From Bdellovibrionales bacterium (GTDB taxonomy: Bacteria; Bdellovibrionota; Bdellovibrionia; Bdellovibrionales; UBA1609): DNA of 64,000 nt. Under the pieces are notes generated by a model, which was given only the letters and a program-made list of their open reading frames with translations, was not told the origin of the DNA and made no database searches. This document shows, in pieces, positions 10,442-19,774 of the stretch (position 1 is the stretch's first letter; every line of letters starts with the position of its first letter). The stretch is taken from the NCBI GenBank assembly GCA_965200875.1, contig OZ241456.1, positions 576,001-640,000 on the forward strand, read 5' to 3'. The translations under genes and the position numbers were made by a program.

Positions 10442-11395
10442 ATGCAAAAAACAAAGAAAAAAATAAGCAAAAACAAAGAAAAAAAACACTCTTTGTTGGT
10501 CAACTTAACTAAAAATGGAAACTTTAAAAACTACTTTAAACTTTGTAAGCCCGCTTTAAAATCTCTTCTTAAAGCTTTCCTCCCACTCCCTGAAAAAAGC
10601 TCCATCCAACAAGTAACTTTACTGGACTCCTTTCTCCCTTCCATGAAGGAAGAAGACAAAAGTGCCATTATGGACCTTAGACTTCAGCTCAATACCGGAG
10701 AATTGGTTAATGTGGAAATGCAGACTTTTTTTCATCCAGGTTTTTCTGAAAGAGTATTGTTCTATTGGGCCAAAAATTATGTATCTCAATTAAAAGAAGG
10801 AGAAGAATATACAAAACTCTGTCCAGCATATTCTTTGATATTCAGTATGTTTGACCTATTCCCTGGTCGAGAAGGGTTTTACAACTCTTTTGATATTCGT
10901 TCGAGCAAGCCACCACATTTTCCTTTTAACAAGGATTTGTGTTTTGTGACAGTGGAATTAAACAAGTTTCGTCAGGATGATGTAAGTTCTTCGATTGATT
11001 TTCAGGAGCTATGGTGTTATATTTTAAAGAGGTCAAACAGCATAAAAAATAAGGATTATCAGAAGCTTTTGGATAAAGATTCTGATTGGAAGGAGGCTAT
11101 GATGTATTTGCGTAAGTTTTCGTTAGAGGAGCAACAGCAGATTATAGCAGATGCCAAGGAAAAAAACCGCCGAGATCGAGTGGCGAGAGAAGCTTATGTC
11201 TTTGAACAAGGTGAAGCCAAAGGTGAAGCTAAAGGCAGAGCTGAAGGAAAAGCCGAAGGTGAAGCCGAAGGCAGAAATAAGCTGATTATTAGTATGTTGA
11301 AAAATGGTGCTAGTATGGAATTTATCGCCAAATGTACAGGGATCTCTGTGGAAGAAATCAATAAGCTAAAAAAAAAGGAAGTGAAACAGCTATGA
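10442..11395 (+). CDS. Rpn family PD-(D/E)XK nuclease (copy 2)
   Basis: Identical to copy 1 up to the EG-repeat tract; 4 aa shorter; divergent tail. Confidence 0.9.
   Translation: MQKTKKKISKNKEKKHSLLVNLTKNGNFKNYFKLCKPALKSLLKAFLPLPEKSSIQQVTLLDSFLPSMKEEDKSAIMDLRLQLNTGELVNVEMQTFFHPGFSERVLFYWAKNYVSQLKEGEEYTKLCPAYSLIFSMFDLFPGREGFYNSFDIRSSKPPHFPFNKDLCFVTVELNKFRQDDVSSSIDFQELWCYILKRSNSIKNKDYQKLLDKDSDWKEAMMYLRKFSLEEQQQIIADAKEKNRRDRVAREAYVFEQGEAKGEAKGRAEGKAEGEAEGRNKLIISMLKNGASMEFIAKCTGISVEEINKLKKKEVKQL
11099..11395 (+). CDS. Putative intragenic small antitoxin (RpnS-like), in frame within Rpn copy 2; equivalent at 6386-6078 in copy 1
   Basis: Strong SD AGGAGG (11091-11096) before in-frame ATG ATG; internal RpnS translation is known in the Rpn family. 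Confidence 0.6.
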   Translation: MMYLRKFSLEEQQQIIADAKEKNRRDRVAREAYVFEQGEAKGEAKGRAEGKAEGEAEGRNKLIISMLKNGASMEFIAKCTGISVEEINKLKKKEVKQL

Positions 11396-11437
11396 TGTAT
11401 TTGCGTAAGTTTTCGTTGGAGGAGCAACAACAGATTA
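11389..11437 (+). repeat. 49-bp direct repeat of Rpn-internal 11096-11144, overlapping the Rpn stop
   Basis: gctatgatgtatttgcgtaagttttcgtt(a/g)gaggagcaaca(g/a)cagatta; 2 mismatches. Confidence 0.92.
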
Positions 11438-12085
11438 AAGAATCAAATTACAATAGAGAGTAAATATGAAATACCTTACAAAAGGCTCTATTTTGGAGAA
11501 AATGGGATTTGCAAGTTCCAATACATTCAAGAGTTTACAAAACTCAATGTCACTATATTTTAGTCGATATAGTCGAGCAAGATAAATTTGTTAACGCGCT
11601 ATTGTTACTTAATTTTTTTATGATTATTGGTTTCAGCTGGTGGGTGCGGGCAGGCGAAAGTCTGTTTTGCTTTTTAAGGACTATGAAAAAAAAAACCTCT
11701 TTCAGCGATTTTAACTTAGTTTTTAGCCTTTCTTTTGATTGCCTTTATATCTTAATGGAAATATACTAAAATGGATTATATGTAATAGAATGTTCCTCGG
11801 TAAAATGCAATAATGTTAAAAACGCTATTGTCAATTTTTTTTGCCCTGCGATTTTGGAGTCACACAAAATAAAAGATATTATGAAAAAATATGATATGAC
11901 AAAAAACATGGAAACATACTTTCTGAAAAGGGCAGATGTCAAAAAAATGATGACAGTTTATAATCTCTGAGAGGAAAGCCATACAATGGATCAAATTCAT
12001 CTGGTTATTTTATTAAAACCTTCAACTATACAATTATTTTTTTTAAAGAAACTAAAATAAAAAAAAATCAAACAGGCGAGTGTTT

Positions 12086-12304
12086 ATGTCTAATGAGAAA
12101 AAAACCAAAACACCATCTTCAAAAGAAGAGAAAAAACAAAAAACCGGTTACATTAGTTGGTGGTTGTTTCGGACAAAAGGAACGATTGCAGAAGACTGGC
12201 CTACCGCAGAAGAATTACGAAATAACGAAGATGTACAAAATGAAATAAAAGCAGTAAGACAAGCCTTTCAGCATACAAGAACAAAACAGAAAAAGAACAA
12301 TTAA
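12086..12304 (+). CDS. Small basic hypothetical protein
   Basis: ATG 12086; stop TAA directly abuts the next ATG. Confidence 0.55.
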   Translation: MSNEKKTKTPSSKEEKKQKTGYISWWLFRTKGTIAEDWPTAEELRNNEDVQNEIKAVRQAFQHTRTKQKKNN

Positions 12305-12943
12305 ATGTGGGAACTCCATAATGTACTCTGGGTTATCCCTGGAGTTATTTTTATTCATTTGTATAATAAAAACAGACCATTTACACATGAATCAGCTATT
12401 CAGTTATCAGGCTGGCCATTAATTTTTGCTCTTACTATTATAGCATCTATCACTTGGCTTCCTGCTGAATTAGTGGCTCAAAAAATATTTAATGCAGAAA
12501 CAGAAACGGTACAGCACATACAAACATTACTAACTTCTATATTTTTTACTTTTATCCTGTTGCTGGTTGTGCAAATTGGATCAATCGCCAGAATAATATT
12601 TCCATCAGTACATGACAATTTTCATAACAGATGTGTGGAATGGGAAAATAAATCTATAATATTAACACTTAAAAACGGCAAAGCATATATTGGTATTTTG
12701 TGGAAATACCCGGAAAGTCCGAAATCAAGATATGAATCTCAAACTATCTCCATAATACCACTTCAAAGCGGATATAGAGAAATGGAAAAAAAATGCGTGC
12801 AGTGGACCACCTATTATCCGTATGATCAAGATCCTGATAACATGGAAACTATTATTCCAAGACATGAAATACTTACTTTTGGAAAATTTAATATTAAAGC
12901 ACATCAATACTTTGAAGAACTAAAAACTTCAAAGGAAAGCTAA
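12305..12943 (+). CDS. Membrane protein with ~3 N-terminal TM helices and a soluble C-terminal domain (DUF6338-like by recall)
   Basis: Three hydrophobic stretches, then IILTLKNGKAYIGIL. Confidence 0.6.
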   Translation: MWELHNVLWVIPGVIFIHLYNKNRPFTHESAIQLSGWPLIFALTIIASITWLPAELVAQKIFNAETETVQHIQTLLTSIFFTFILLLVVQIGSIARIIFPSVHDNFHNRCVEWENKSIILTLKNGKAYIGILWKYPESPKSRYESQTISIIPLQSGYREMEKKCVQWTTYYPYDQDPDNMETIIPRHEILTFGKFNIKAHQYFEELKTSKES

Positions 12944-13151
12944 TTTTGCTTCCAGTTTCACCAGACTTTTTTTGATTTCAGCTTGATTTTATCCTTCAGG
13001 AACAATTAGGGCTTTATACTGGGATATTCTATCTATAAATATTAAAAATAAATACATTGCACTTCACTTTTGACTATATATGTCAAATAATATAGGAATC
13101 CAGAAAAATTATTGTGCCCACTGTTTTGGCATTCCAAAACTATCTGTATTC

Positions 13152-14134
13152 TTAGTCGCCATTGTTAAGTTTTTTGATTTCTTCTTCGGAAAGTCCTGTG
13201 CCTTTGCAAAGAACCTGCAAATCCACATCACTTTTAAGCAATTTTGCAATCAACTGTTTTTGGCCTTTCTTCAGGCCCTTTTCAATGCCTTGTTGCATGC
13301 CTTCCAGATGACCTTCCTGTCGGCCTTTCTTCAGGCCCTTTTCAATGCCTTGTTGCATGCCCTCTTCTCTGGCCTTATCATAAGAAGATTGTAATAATGG
13401 CATCATAATTCTTCCCTCCTCTTTCACTGTGGCTTGTTCAATCTCTTTTACAATATCCCAATTAAATGCTGGATCATATCGCCGTATATAATCTACTGCT
13501 CGCCCGATCAATTCCTCACGCTCACTGGAACTAAGACCCTGACCTATCGTAAAAAGCTCTTTCACTTTTGATTCATCAAGTCGCCAGATATGTTTTAAAA
13601 TATACAAAATAGGACGAGTTGTCAAATCCCTGGCCTCCTTTGACACATCTAAAGACTGAATATTCAAGACCCGCGGACGAAAATTCAACACATTGCCTGC
13701 AAATCTCTCTTTTAATTCCACCGGGAAATTATGCAGGTACTCGTGAAAATCAAAAGGCCCTGACCATATCTTTTGTGTACTTTGGTTAATAAACACAGGA
13801 AGAATAGGGGTTCGTGTATTTTGATAAATCCCTACCTGATATATTAAAAACTGTCTCATCAAATCTTGGTCGTATTGGCTTTTGTGTTCCATTAAAAATA
13901 ATATTCTAGCAGGTTTTTTAGAGCTTTTAAGCTGAGCTGAGACCAAGAGGTCCATACGTTTTTCTTTTGCGGATTTATCAATAAAAGTTGTGGCTTCTGT
14001 TTTAAGGGTGTTCCAATCAAAAAGTTTCATTTCCTCTTTTGAGAGAACAAGGCTTAGGATATCCACGCAATACTTGGTTTGTGAGTAAACCTCTTTGAAT
14101 AAATGATCATGTAGAAAATTCTTATTTTTTTCAT
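13152..14134 (-). pseudogene. Rpn/YhgA-like nuclease (copy 3, divergent); ATG 14134 is out of frame by 1 at an A7 run
   Basis: HDHLFKEVY N-terminal motif, RMDLL...LMEHKSQ core, EG repeats, TGLSEEEI tail; ATG-to-stop span is 983 nt. Confidence 0.75.
13262..13362 (-). repeat. Tandem repeat with 60-bp period encoding EGMQQGIEKGLKKG
   Basis: ggcctttcttcaggcccttttcaatgccttgttgcatgccct at 13262 and 13322. Confidence 0.85.
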
Positions 14135-14199
14135 AGTTCTGAAAAAGTGGAATATAAAAAGATTTTTGTCAATAAAAAATAAGAAACTTTTTGTCTAAA

Positions 14200-14345
14200 T
14201 AGTCGCCTGTGAAAAAGTATGTTATTTTCCGGATTCCCGTTTTCACGGGACTGAAAGCCAACAACTTTGCTTTCAGTTTCCTTGGGAAAGTACATGAAAA
14301 AAGAGTGTGATAGTTGAAGCACTATGGGTTTTTCACGGGCGAGTA
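14200..14345 (+). mobile_element. MITE-like element, type 1 (copy A)
   Basis: TIRs tagtcgcctgtgaaaaa / tttttcacgggcgagta; interior nearly identical to 40729-40875. Confidence 0.85.
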
Positions 14346-14487
14346 AATAGTCGCCTGTGAAAAACCTCTGATTAAGTGAATGATTCGTCTGTTTATGTGG
14401 AAAGGTCTCCCTTGGAAACTGAAAGATATCTATCCGGTGGAACAGAACAAACTTGCAAATTTGAAAACAGCATTGGAGAGTGTTCTG

Positions 14488-16464
14488 TTAGGAAACTTTT
14501 TTGAAGAGTTTGTTTTTTTTGAAAGCTGAAAAAGCATATTTTTTAAGAGCGTGCAACCGTTTTTGATTTTTACCGGTTGTAAAAGTGTTTAAGATATAAT
14601 CAAATTCCTCTGGAGTCAAACCATAAACACGGGCCACAATGGCATCTATTTCCCCTTGTATCTTCCAGCGTTCCTGTGTATCTTTTACTCCACCACGCGC
14701 AATGCCGATCTCATCTGCCAGCTCGTCAAACTCTTCTCCAATACAAGTAAGTTTTGCCGATCGCTCCACCAACTCATTAAAGTATAGATCTTTTTCTGTA
14801 AGCCTTGGAATATGGAGAGGGGTAATATAGTGTTTATTGATGTTAGAAGATATTTTTAACCGGATAAAATAATCCACAACAAAACTGTTCAGAAAAGTCT
14901 GAAGTAAAAGCATATATTGAGAAGATTTTTTTTGATTATTATTCTTGTTTAAGGCATCACCCTTGCCTGATTTGTCAGTCCCTTGAAAGAGAACCTGCTT
15001 CTGAGTTTTTAAGTCAGATGAAAACCCCTTTTTTGCTAAAGGTACTTTATCAGGTAACTCGATAAAAACTCCATGTAAGCTATTGGAAATAAAATAATTT
15101 TTTGGAATGACTGCTGAAATGAGACTTCTTTCGTTTGTTTTTCCAGCTATAGTTCTAATGACCAATCTGTAATTCGCATAACACTTATTTTTGAAACAGC
15201 GACTTTTCCCTTGGATTTTTGGATCCTTTAGACTCACATAGCGATTAACATTGGATAGTTTGTAATCATACTGATAAATGGCACTGCCTTTATAGAGAGG
15301 CAAATCATCCTCAGATGCTTTGTTGTCTTTAAATAAATGAGAATCATTTGTTTCGTGAAATTCTGTGTAAAAATCAGGATTCCATGAATTGTCCAGCCTT
15401 TCGCCGATTTTAGGAAACTGACTCGCTTTTTTAAGTATCTCTTTGTCTTTAGAAGACTTAAATTCAATAATAGAGCAGTCTCTTGGAGAAAGCTTTTTTA
15501 TTTCCTGTATGGATTGCCATACTGTTTCACTTTCGTGATGTATAGTATTTGTGTCTATTCTTTTGTTGTCCGATTCTCCTGATCTGTGTTCCGGAAAATG
15601 TTCCAAGACTGTTAAATCCCTAGTCTGAAACTTTGTGGGAAAACCGTCTTGTTCTTTTGGTTCAGTTTTTTTCAAACTCAGAAGCAGAAACTTCTCCGAT
15701 GCATGCACTCCCTCAAAAATCTTTCCTTTTCCTTTACCTTTAGCCATTTGATTTTGAAAATCAATTATACCCTCTATTTTTGTTTTTTTAAAAAGTAGCT
15801 CTTTTCTTAAACCGATAGATCCTTCGTCTTTACACAAACCACTTTTAAGAACAATCCCTAAAGTGCCATTTTCATCTAACAGTTTAAAACATCTCTCTAA
15901 AAAAGGTCTATAAATATCCATATCAGCTGAAGCTTCTTTTTCTGTTCCATCCATATTGATTATTTTGCTAGATTGATATTGATATAATGTTGAAAAATAA
16001 CTTTGATGGAAAATATAAAACTCTTTTGTTTTTTTGTAATTTTCTTCTATTTCTGCTTTTTTCAATAGTTCTTTTTTCTTTCTCTGTAACACGTCGTTTT
16101 TCGTTTTTTTCTTATCAATGGATTTATCGTATTTGTGAAAAAACTCTTTATCTTCCAACTTTACTTTTTCCCAAGGTGGGTTGGTGATAATTGCATCAAA
16201 ACCACCTTTATTCATAATTTCATTAAAAGCCAAGTCCCAGTGAAAAGGTTTTAAATTTCTTCCCCTATCTTTAGAATTAAAATCTTTCGCCTGAACATCG
16301 CGTTTTTTCGTAACTTTCTTTTTCCCTTGAATATCTTTGACTTCAGGATACTTAACACCAGCCTGTTTACACTTTTTCGCCAAAGCTAGGTTAAGTTTTT
16401 GGTTATTTTCTTCAAGAAACTGATTGGTCTTACTCTTTAATTCTTTAAGTTTTGCAAAAGACAA
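14488..16464 (-). pseudogene. Type IIG/Eco57I-like adenine methyltransferase-TRD, 5'-truncated
   Basis: FHWDLAF...GGFDAIITNPPW (motif IV) near aa 95 with no upstream motif I; C-terminal IDAIVARVYGLT..E motif. Confidence 0.8.
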
Positions 16465-19400
16465 AGGAAGTTTCTTTTTTATCAGGATTAAGTGACGCTT
16501 TAAAGCGATCTCAAAAATCCGATATTTGCACAGCTTATTTTAACCTGCGGGGTTGGAAAAAAATTGCCTCCTTCATTGACGCATACAAAGGAGAGGAAGG
16601 TAATCAGTGTCGTCTTCTTTTGGGAATGTACGGCCCTAGTTGGCAGTTAAGACAGGAGCTTTTACAGGATGAATCAATATGGCAAACAGATAATAAAAAA
16701 GCCCGAAGACTAAGAACAGAAGCTCTTAAACAATTTAAAAATCAGTTAATGACAGGTGTTCCCTCCAATGAAGATGAAAAGGGTTTAAGAAAACTGGCGC
16801 ACCAGTTAAGAGAGAAAAAAGTAACAGTAAAATGTTTTACCCGTCATCCTCTTCACGCCAAACTTTACTTGACTTTTAATCAAAAAGAATTTGCCGGCAC
16901 TATAGGGTTTTTGGGAAGTAGTAACTTAACTTACGCCGGGTTGGAAAAAAACGGAGAGCTTAATATAGATATTTTGGATCAACCGTCTTGTGAAAACTTA
17001 AGCAAGTGGTTTGAAGAGAAATGGCAGGATCAATTCAGCCTAGATATATCACAAGACATTATCACACTTATTGAGAAAAGCTGGGCTGGGGAAGTTCTTT
17101 TGCCTCCTTGGCATATTTATATGAAAATGGCTTGGCATCTTTCAGAGGACGCAAGAAAGGGACTGACAGATTTTTATATACCAAAAGAGCTAAAAAATGT
17201 TCTTTTTGATTTTCAATCCGCCGCGGTTCGTATAGCCGCCCGTCATGTCTATTATAAAAACGGAGTTTTAATTGGCGATGTGGTGGGGTTAGGAAAAACT
17301 CTTATGGCCATAGCCACAGCTAAAATCTTAGAAGAAGAGCATGGTTGGCAAAGCCTTATTTTGTGCCCCAAGAATTTGGCGACTATGTGGGATGAGCATA
17401 TTCAAAAATGGAATATTAGAGGAAGGGTGCTCCCCATAAGTCAAGTGCAACAAAAGCTCCCTTCACTGAAAAGACATCATATTGTTATTATAGATGAAAG
17501 TCATAATTTAAGAAATCCCCTTGGAAGAAGATATCAAGTTGTTAAGGATTATATTGCTCAAAATGATAGCAAATGTATTTTGCTTTCAGCCACCCCTTAC
17601 AATAAAACCTATAAGGATTTATCCAGTCAATTAGGGCTTTTTATTGATTCTGATACAGATTTAGGAGTTCGTCCTCATCGGTTTTTAAAAGACGATGGAG
17701 ATAATTTTGAAGGGCTTGTTTCTTCCTTAAAAGCCTTTGAGGAATCTCCGTATCCCGAAGATTGGCAACAGCTTATGGTTCAATTTTTAGTACGCAGAAC
17801 ACGGAGCTTTATTAAGGAAAACTATGGAAAAAAAAGTAAAAATGGTGGGTATTATATAGAGACTACTGCGGATGGAAAAAAGTTTTTTCCAGAAAGAATT
17901 GCCAAAACTGTTTCCTATCAAGTGGATGAGCAATATAAGAGACTTTTTTCGGAAGAGGTTTTAGCCATGATTAATAATCTGAAACTCGCCAGATATGATT
18001 TAAACCAATATAAAAAGAAAGATTTAAAAGGACTTACAACAGAAGAAAAAAATCTTTTTAAAGACTTGGAACGTTCCCGCGCTCATCCAAAAGGTTTTTG
18101 CCGGATTAACCTGTTTAAAAGGCTTGAGAGCAGTGGTTTTTCCTTTCTGCAATCCGTCCAGAGACATATTTTAAGAAATTGTATTTTTATTTACGCTTTT
18201 GAAACAGGGCAAGACCTTATAGTAGGTGAAAAAGGCGGTGAAGTTATTGCTGACGCTTTTGATGATAAAGAGGGAGGTATGACTGGTTTTTCTGGAGAGA
18301 ATGAAGAGGCAAGCTGGTTTTTCACAAACTTTGATTCCTTCTATAAAAAAGCTGAGGAGGTTTATAAAAAATATAAAAATAAAAATAGCAAAAGCCTGCG
18401 TTGGATTTCCTCTTCTTATTTTAGAGATACCTTAAAAGAAGATTTAAAAAAAGATGTAGAGCAATTTATTTCCCTCTTGAAAAAGTCAAAGAACTGGAAC
18501 TCTGAAAAAGATTTAAAGTTACAAAAACTTGAAGAATTATTAAAACAAAGAAAAGAAAACAAAGTTTTGATTTTTACTCAGTCCAGAGAAACAGCAAAGT
18601 ATTTAAGAAATCAGCTTCAGTCCAGAGGTTTGAAGAATACAGCTTTTATAACGGGAGGAATGGATAATATTCAAACAATTACAAAAAAATTCAGCCCTGT
18701 CAGTAATGATTTTAATATAACAGAATCCCAGGATTCTGAAATTGATATTTTAATCACAACGGATGTTTTAAGTGAGGGGCAAAACCTTCAGGATTGTAAT
18801 ACTGTGGTAAATTATGATCTTCCTTGGGCTATTATCAAGCTCATTCAAAGAGTAGGAAGAATTGACCGCATTGGCCAGTCAGCGGAAAAAATTTTCTGCT
18901 ATTCCTTCATGCCTTCTGCTGGCTTAGAACACCTGATACAATTAAGAAGTCGTATTCAAAATCGGCTTAGGGAAAATGCAGAAGTAGTAGGAACGGATGA
19001 GCAGTTTTTTGAAGATGAGAAACAAACTTTAATGGACTTGTATCACGAGAAGTCAGAAATTTTGGAAAAGGAGATATCAGATGATGTTGATCTTTCTTCT
19101 TTTGCTTTGGAGATATGGAATAAAGGCATAAAAAAAGACCCGGGGTTGGAGGAACAAATTAAAAATATGCCGGATGTAGTGCATTCCTCAAAAGCTACTG
19201 AAAAGGAAAACCAAACTGAAGGGGTTTTACTTTTTGCAAAATCCCATATAAATAATTATTTGCTTTATCTTAATGAGGAAGGAAAAAGCATTCAAGAGGA
19301 TCAAATGAATATTTTAAAGCTGGCAGAATGCCAACCAGATACAAAGCCCTTAAAAAGAACAGAAAAACATTATGAAATAGTTAAGTCTGGTTTGGATACT

Positions 19401-19727
19401 ATTCAGGAATATTCTGGAAAAGAAGGCTTATCCAACAAACTGGGAACAAGCCGAAACCCTAGGAGAAAGCTTTTTGAAAAACTGGATAACATTCTTAAAA
19501 AAAGTGAAGAAGAAACACAAATCATGGAGGACATTTATCATTATCCTTTGTCTAATGAAGCGGAGAATACTTTTAAAAGAATGTTCAGACAAAAGATATC
19601 AGATACAGAGGTTTTTAACCTTATCCGGGAAAAACATAGAAATGAAACTCTTGTCAATAAAAAGGAAGCTAGGAAAATGGACGAAAAACCTCGGATTATA
19701 TGTTCAATGGGACTTTTAAAATCCTGA
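16452..19727 (+). CDS. PLD-nuclease / SNF2 helicase fusion (R-M associated); native start probably lost
   Basis: AYFNLRGW, HAKLYL..GSSNLT (PLD), GDVVGLGKT, DESH, SATP, EGQNLQ, QRVGRIDR. Confidence 0.88.
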   Translation: MQKTKEVSFLSGLSDALKRSQKSDICTAYFNLRGWKKIASFIDAYKGEEGNQCRLLLGMYGPSWQLRQELLQDESIWQTDNKKARRLRTEALKQFKNQLMTGVPSNEDEKGLRKLAHQLREKKVTVKCFTRHPLHAKLYLTFNQKEFAGTIGFLGSSNLTYAGLEKNGELNIDILDQPSCENLSKWFEEKWQDQFSLDISQDIITLIEKSWAGEVLLPPWHIYMKMAWHLSEDARKGLTDFYIPKELKNVLFDFQSAAVRIAARHVYYKNGVLIGDVVGLGKTLMAIATAKILEEEHGWQSLILCPKNLATMWDEHIQKWNIRGRVLPISQVQQKLPSLKRHHIVIIDESHNLRNPLGRRYQVVKDYIAQNDSKCILLSATPYNKTYKDLSSQLGLFIDSDTDLGVRPHRFLKDDGDNFEGLVSSLKAFEESPYPEDWQQLMVQFLVRRTRSFIKENYGKKSKNGGYYIETTADGKKFFPERIAKTVSYQVDEQYKRLFSEEVLAMINNLKLARYDLNQYKKKDLKGLTTEEKNLFKDLERSRAHPKGFCRINLFKRLESSGFSFLQSVQRHILRNCIFIYAFETGQDLIVGEKGGEVIADAFDDKEGGMTGFSGENEEASWFFTNFDSFYKKAEEVYKKYKNKNSKSLRWISSSYFRDTLKEDLKKDVEQFISLLKKSKNWNSEKDLKLQKLEELLKQRKENKVLIFTQSRETAKYLRNQLQSRGLKNTAFITGGMDNIQTITKKFSPVSNDFNITESQDSEIDILITTDVLSEGQNLQDCNTVVNYDLPWAIIKLIQRVGRIDRIGQSAEKIFCYSFMPSAGLEHLIQLRSRIQNRLRENAEVVGTDEQFFEDEKQTLMDLYHEKSEILEKEISDDVDLSSFALEIWNKGIKKDPGLEEQIKNMPDVVHSSKATEKENQTEGVLLFAKSHINNYLLYLNEEGKSIQEDQMNILKLAECQPDTKPLKRTEKHYEIVKSGLDTIQEYSGKEGLSNKLGTSRNPRRKLFEKLDNILKKSEEETQIMEDIYHYPLSNEAENTFKRMFRQKISDTEVFNLIREKHRNETLVNKKEARKMDEKPRIICSMGLLKS

Positions 19728-19774
19728 TTGCTTCCTCGTGAAAAGGACTCATCTAAAGCACGAAGGCTTAAGGA

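Larger units (their letters stand above)
10313..11437 (+). repeat. ~1.13 kb inverted repeat, right copy (Rpn module)
   Basis: Reverse complement of 6042-7173 with few differences. Confidence 0.92.

Noticed and set aside
11280..11395. Diversity-generating retroelement explanation for the Rpn C-terminal variation
   Set aside because: Differences include T/C, T/G and C/A changes and are not adenine-restricted; no reverse transcriptase in the window.
11509..11769. 86-aa ORF downstream of Rpn copy 2
   Set aside because: TTG start, no recognisable motif, within AT-rich degenerate DNA; cannot be supported.
14131..14322. Small ORFs over repeats (also 22301-22498, 40612-40794, 40887-41129)
   Set aside because: They are translations of MITE-like sequences.
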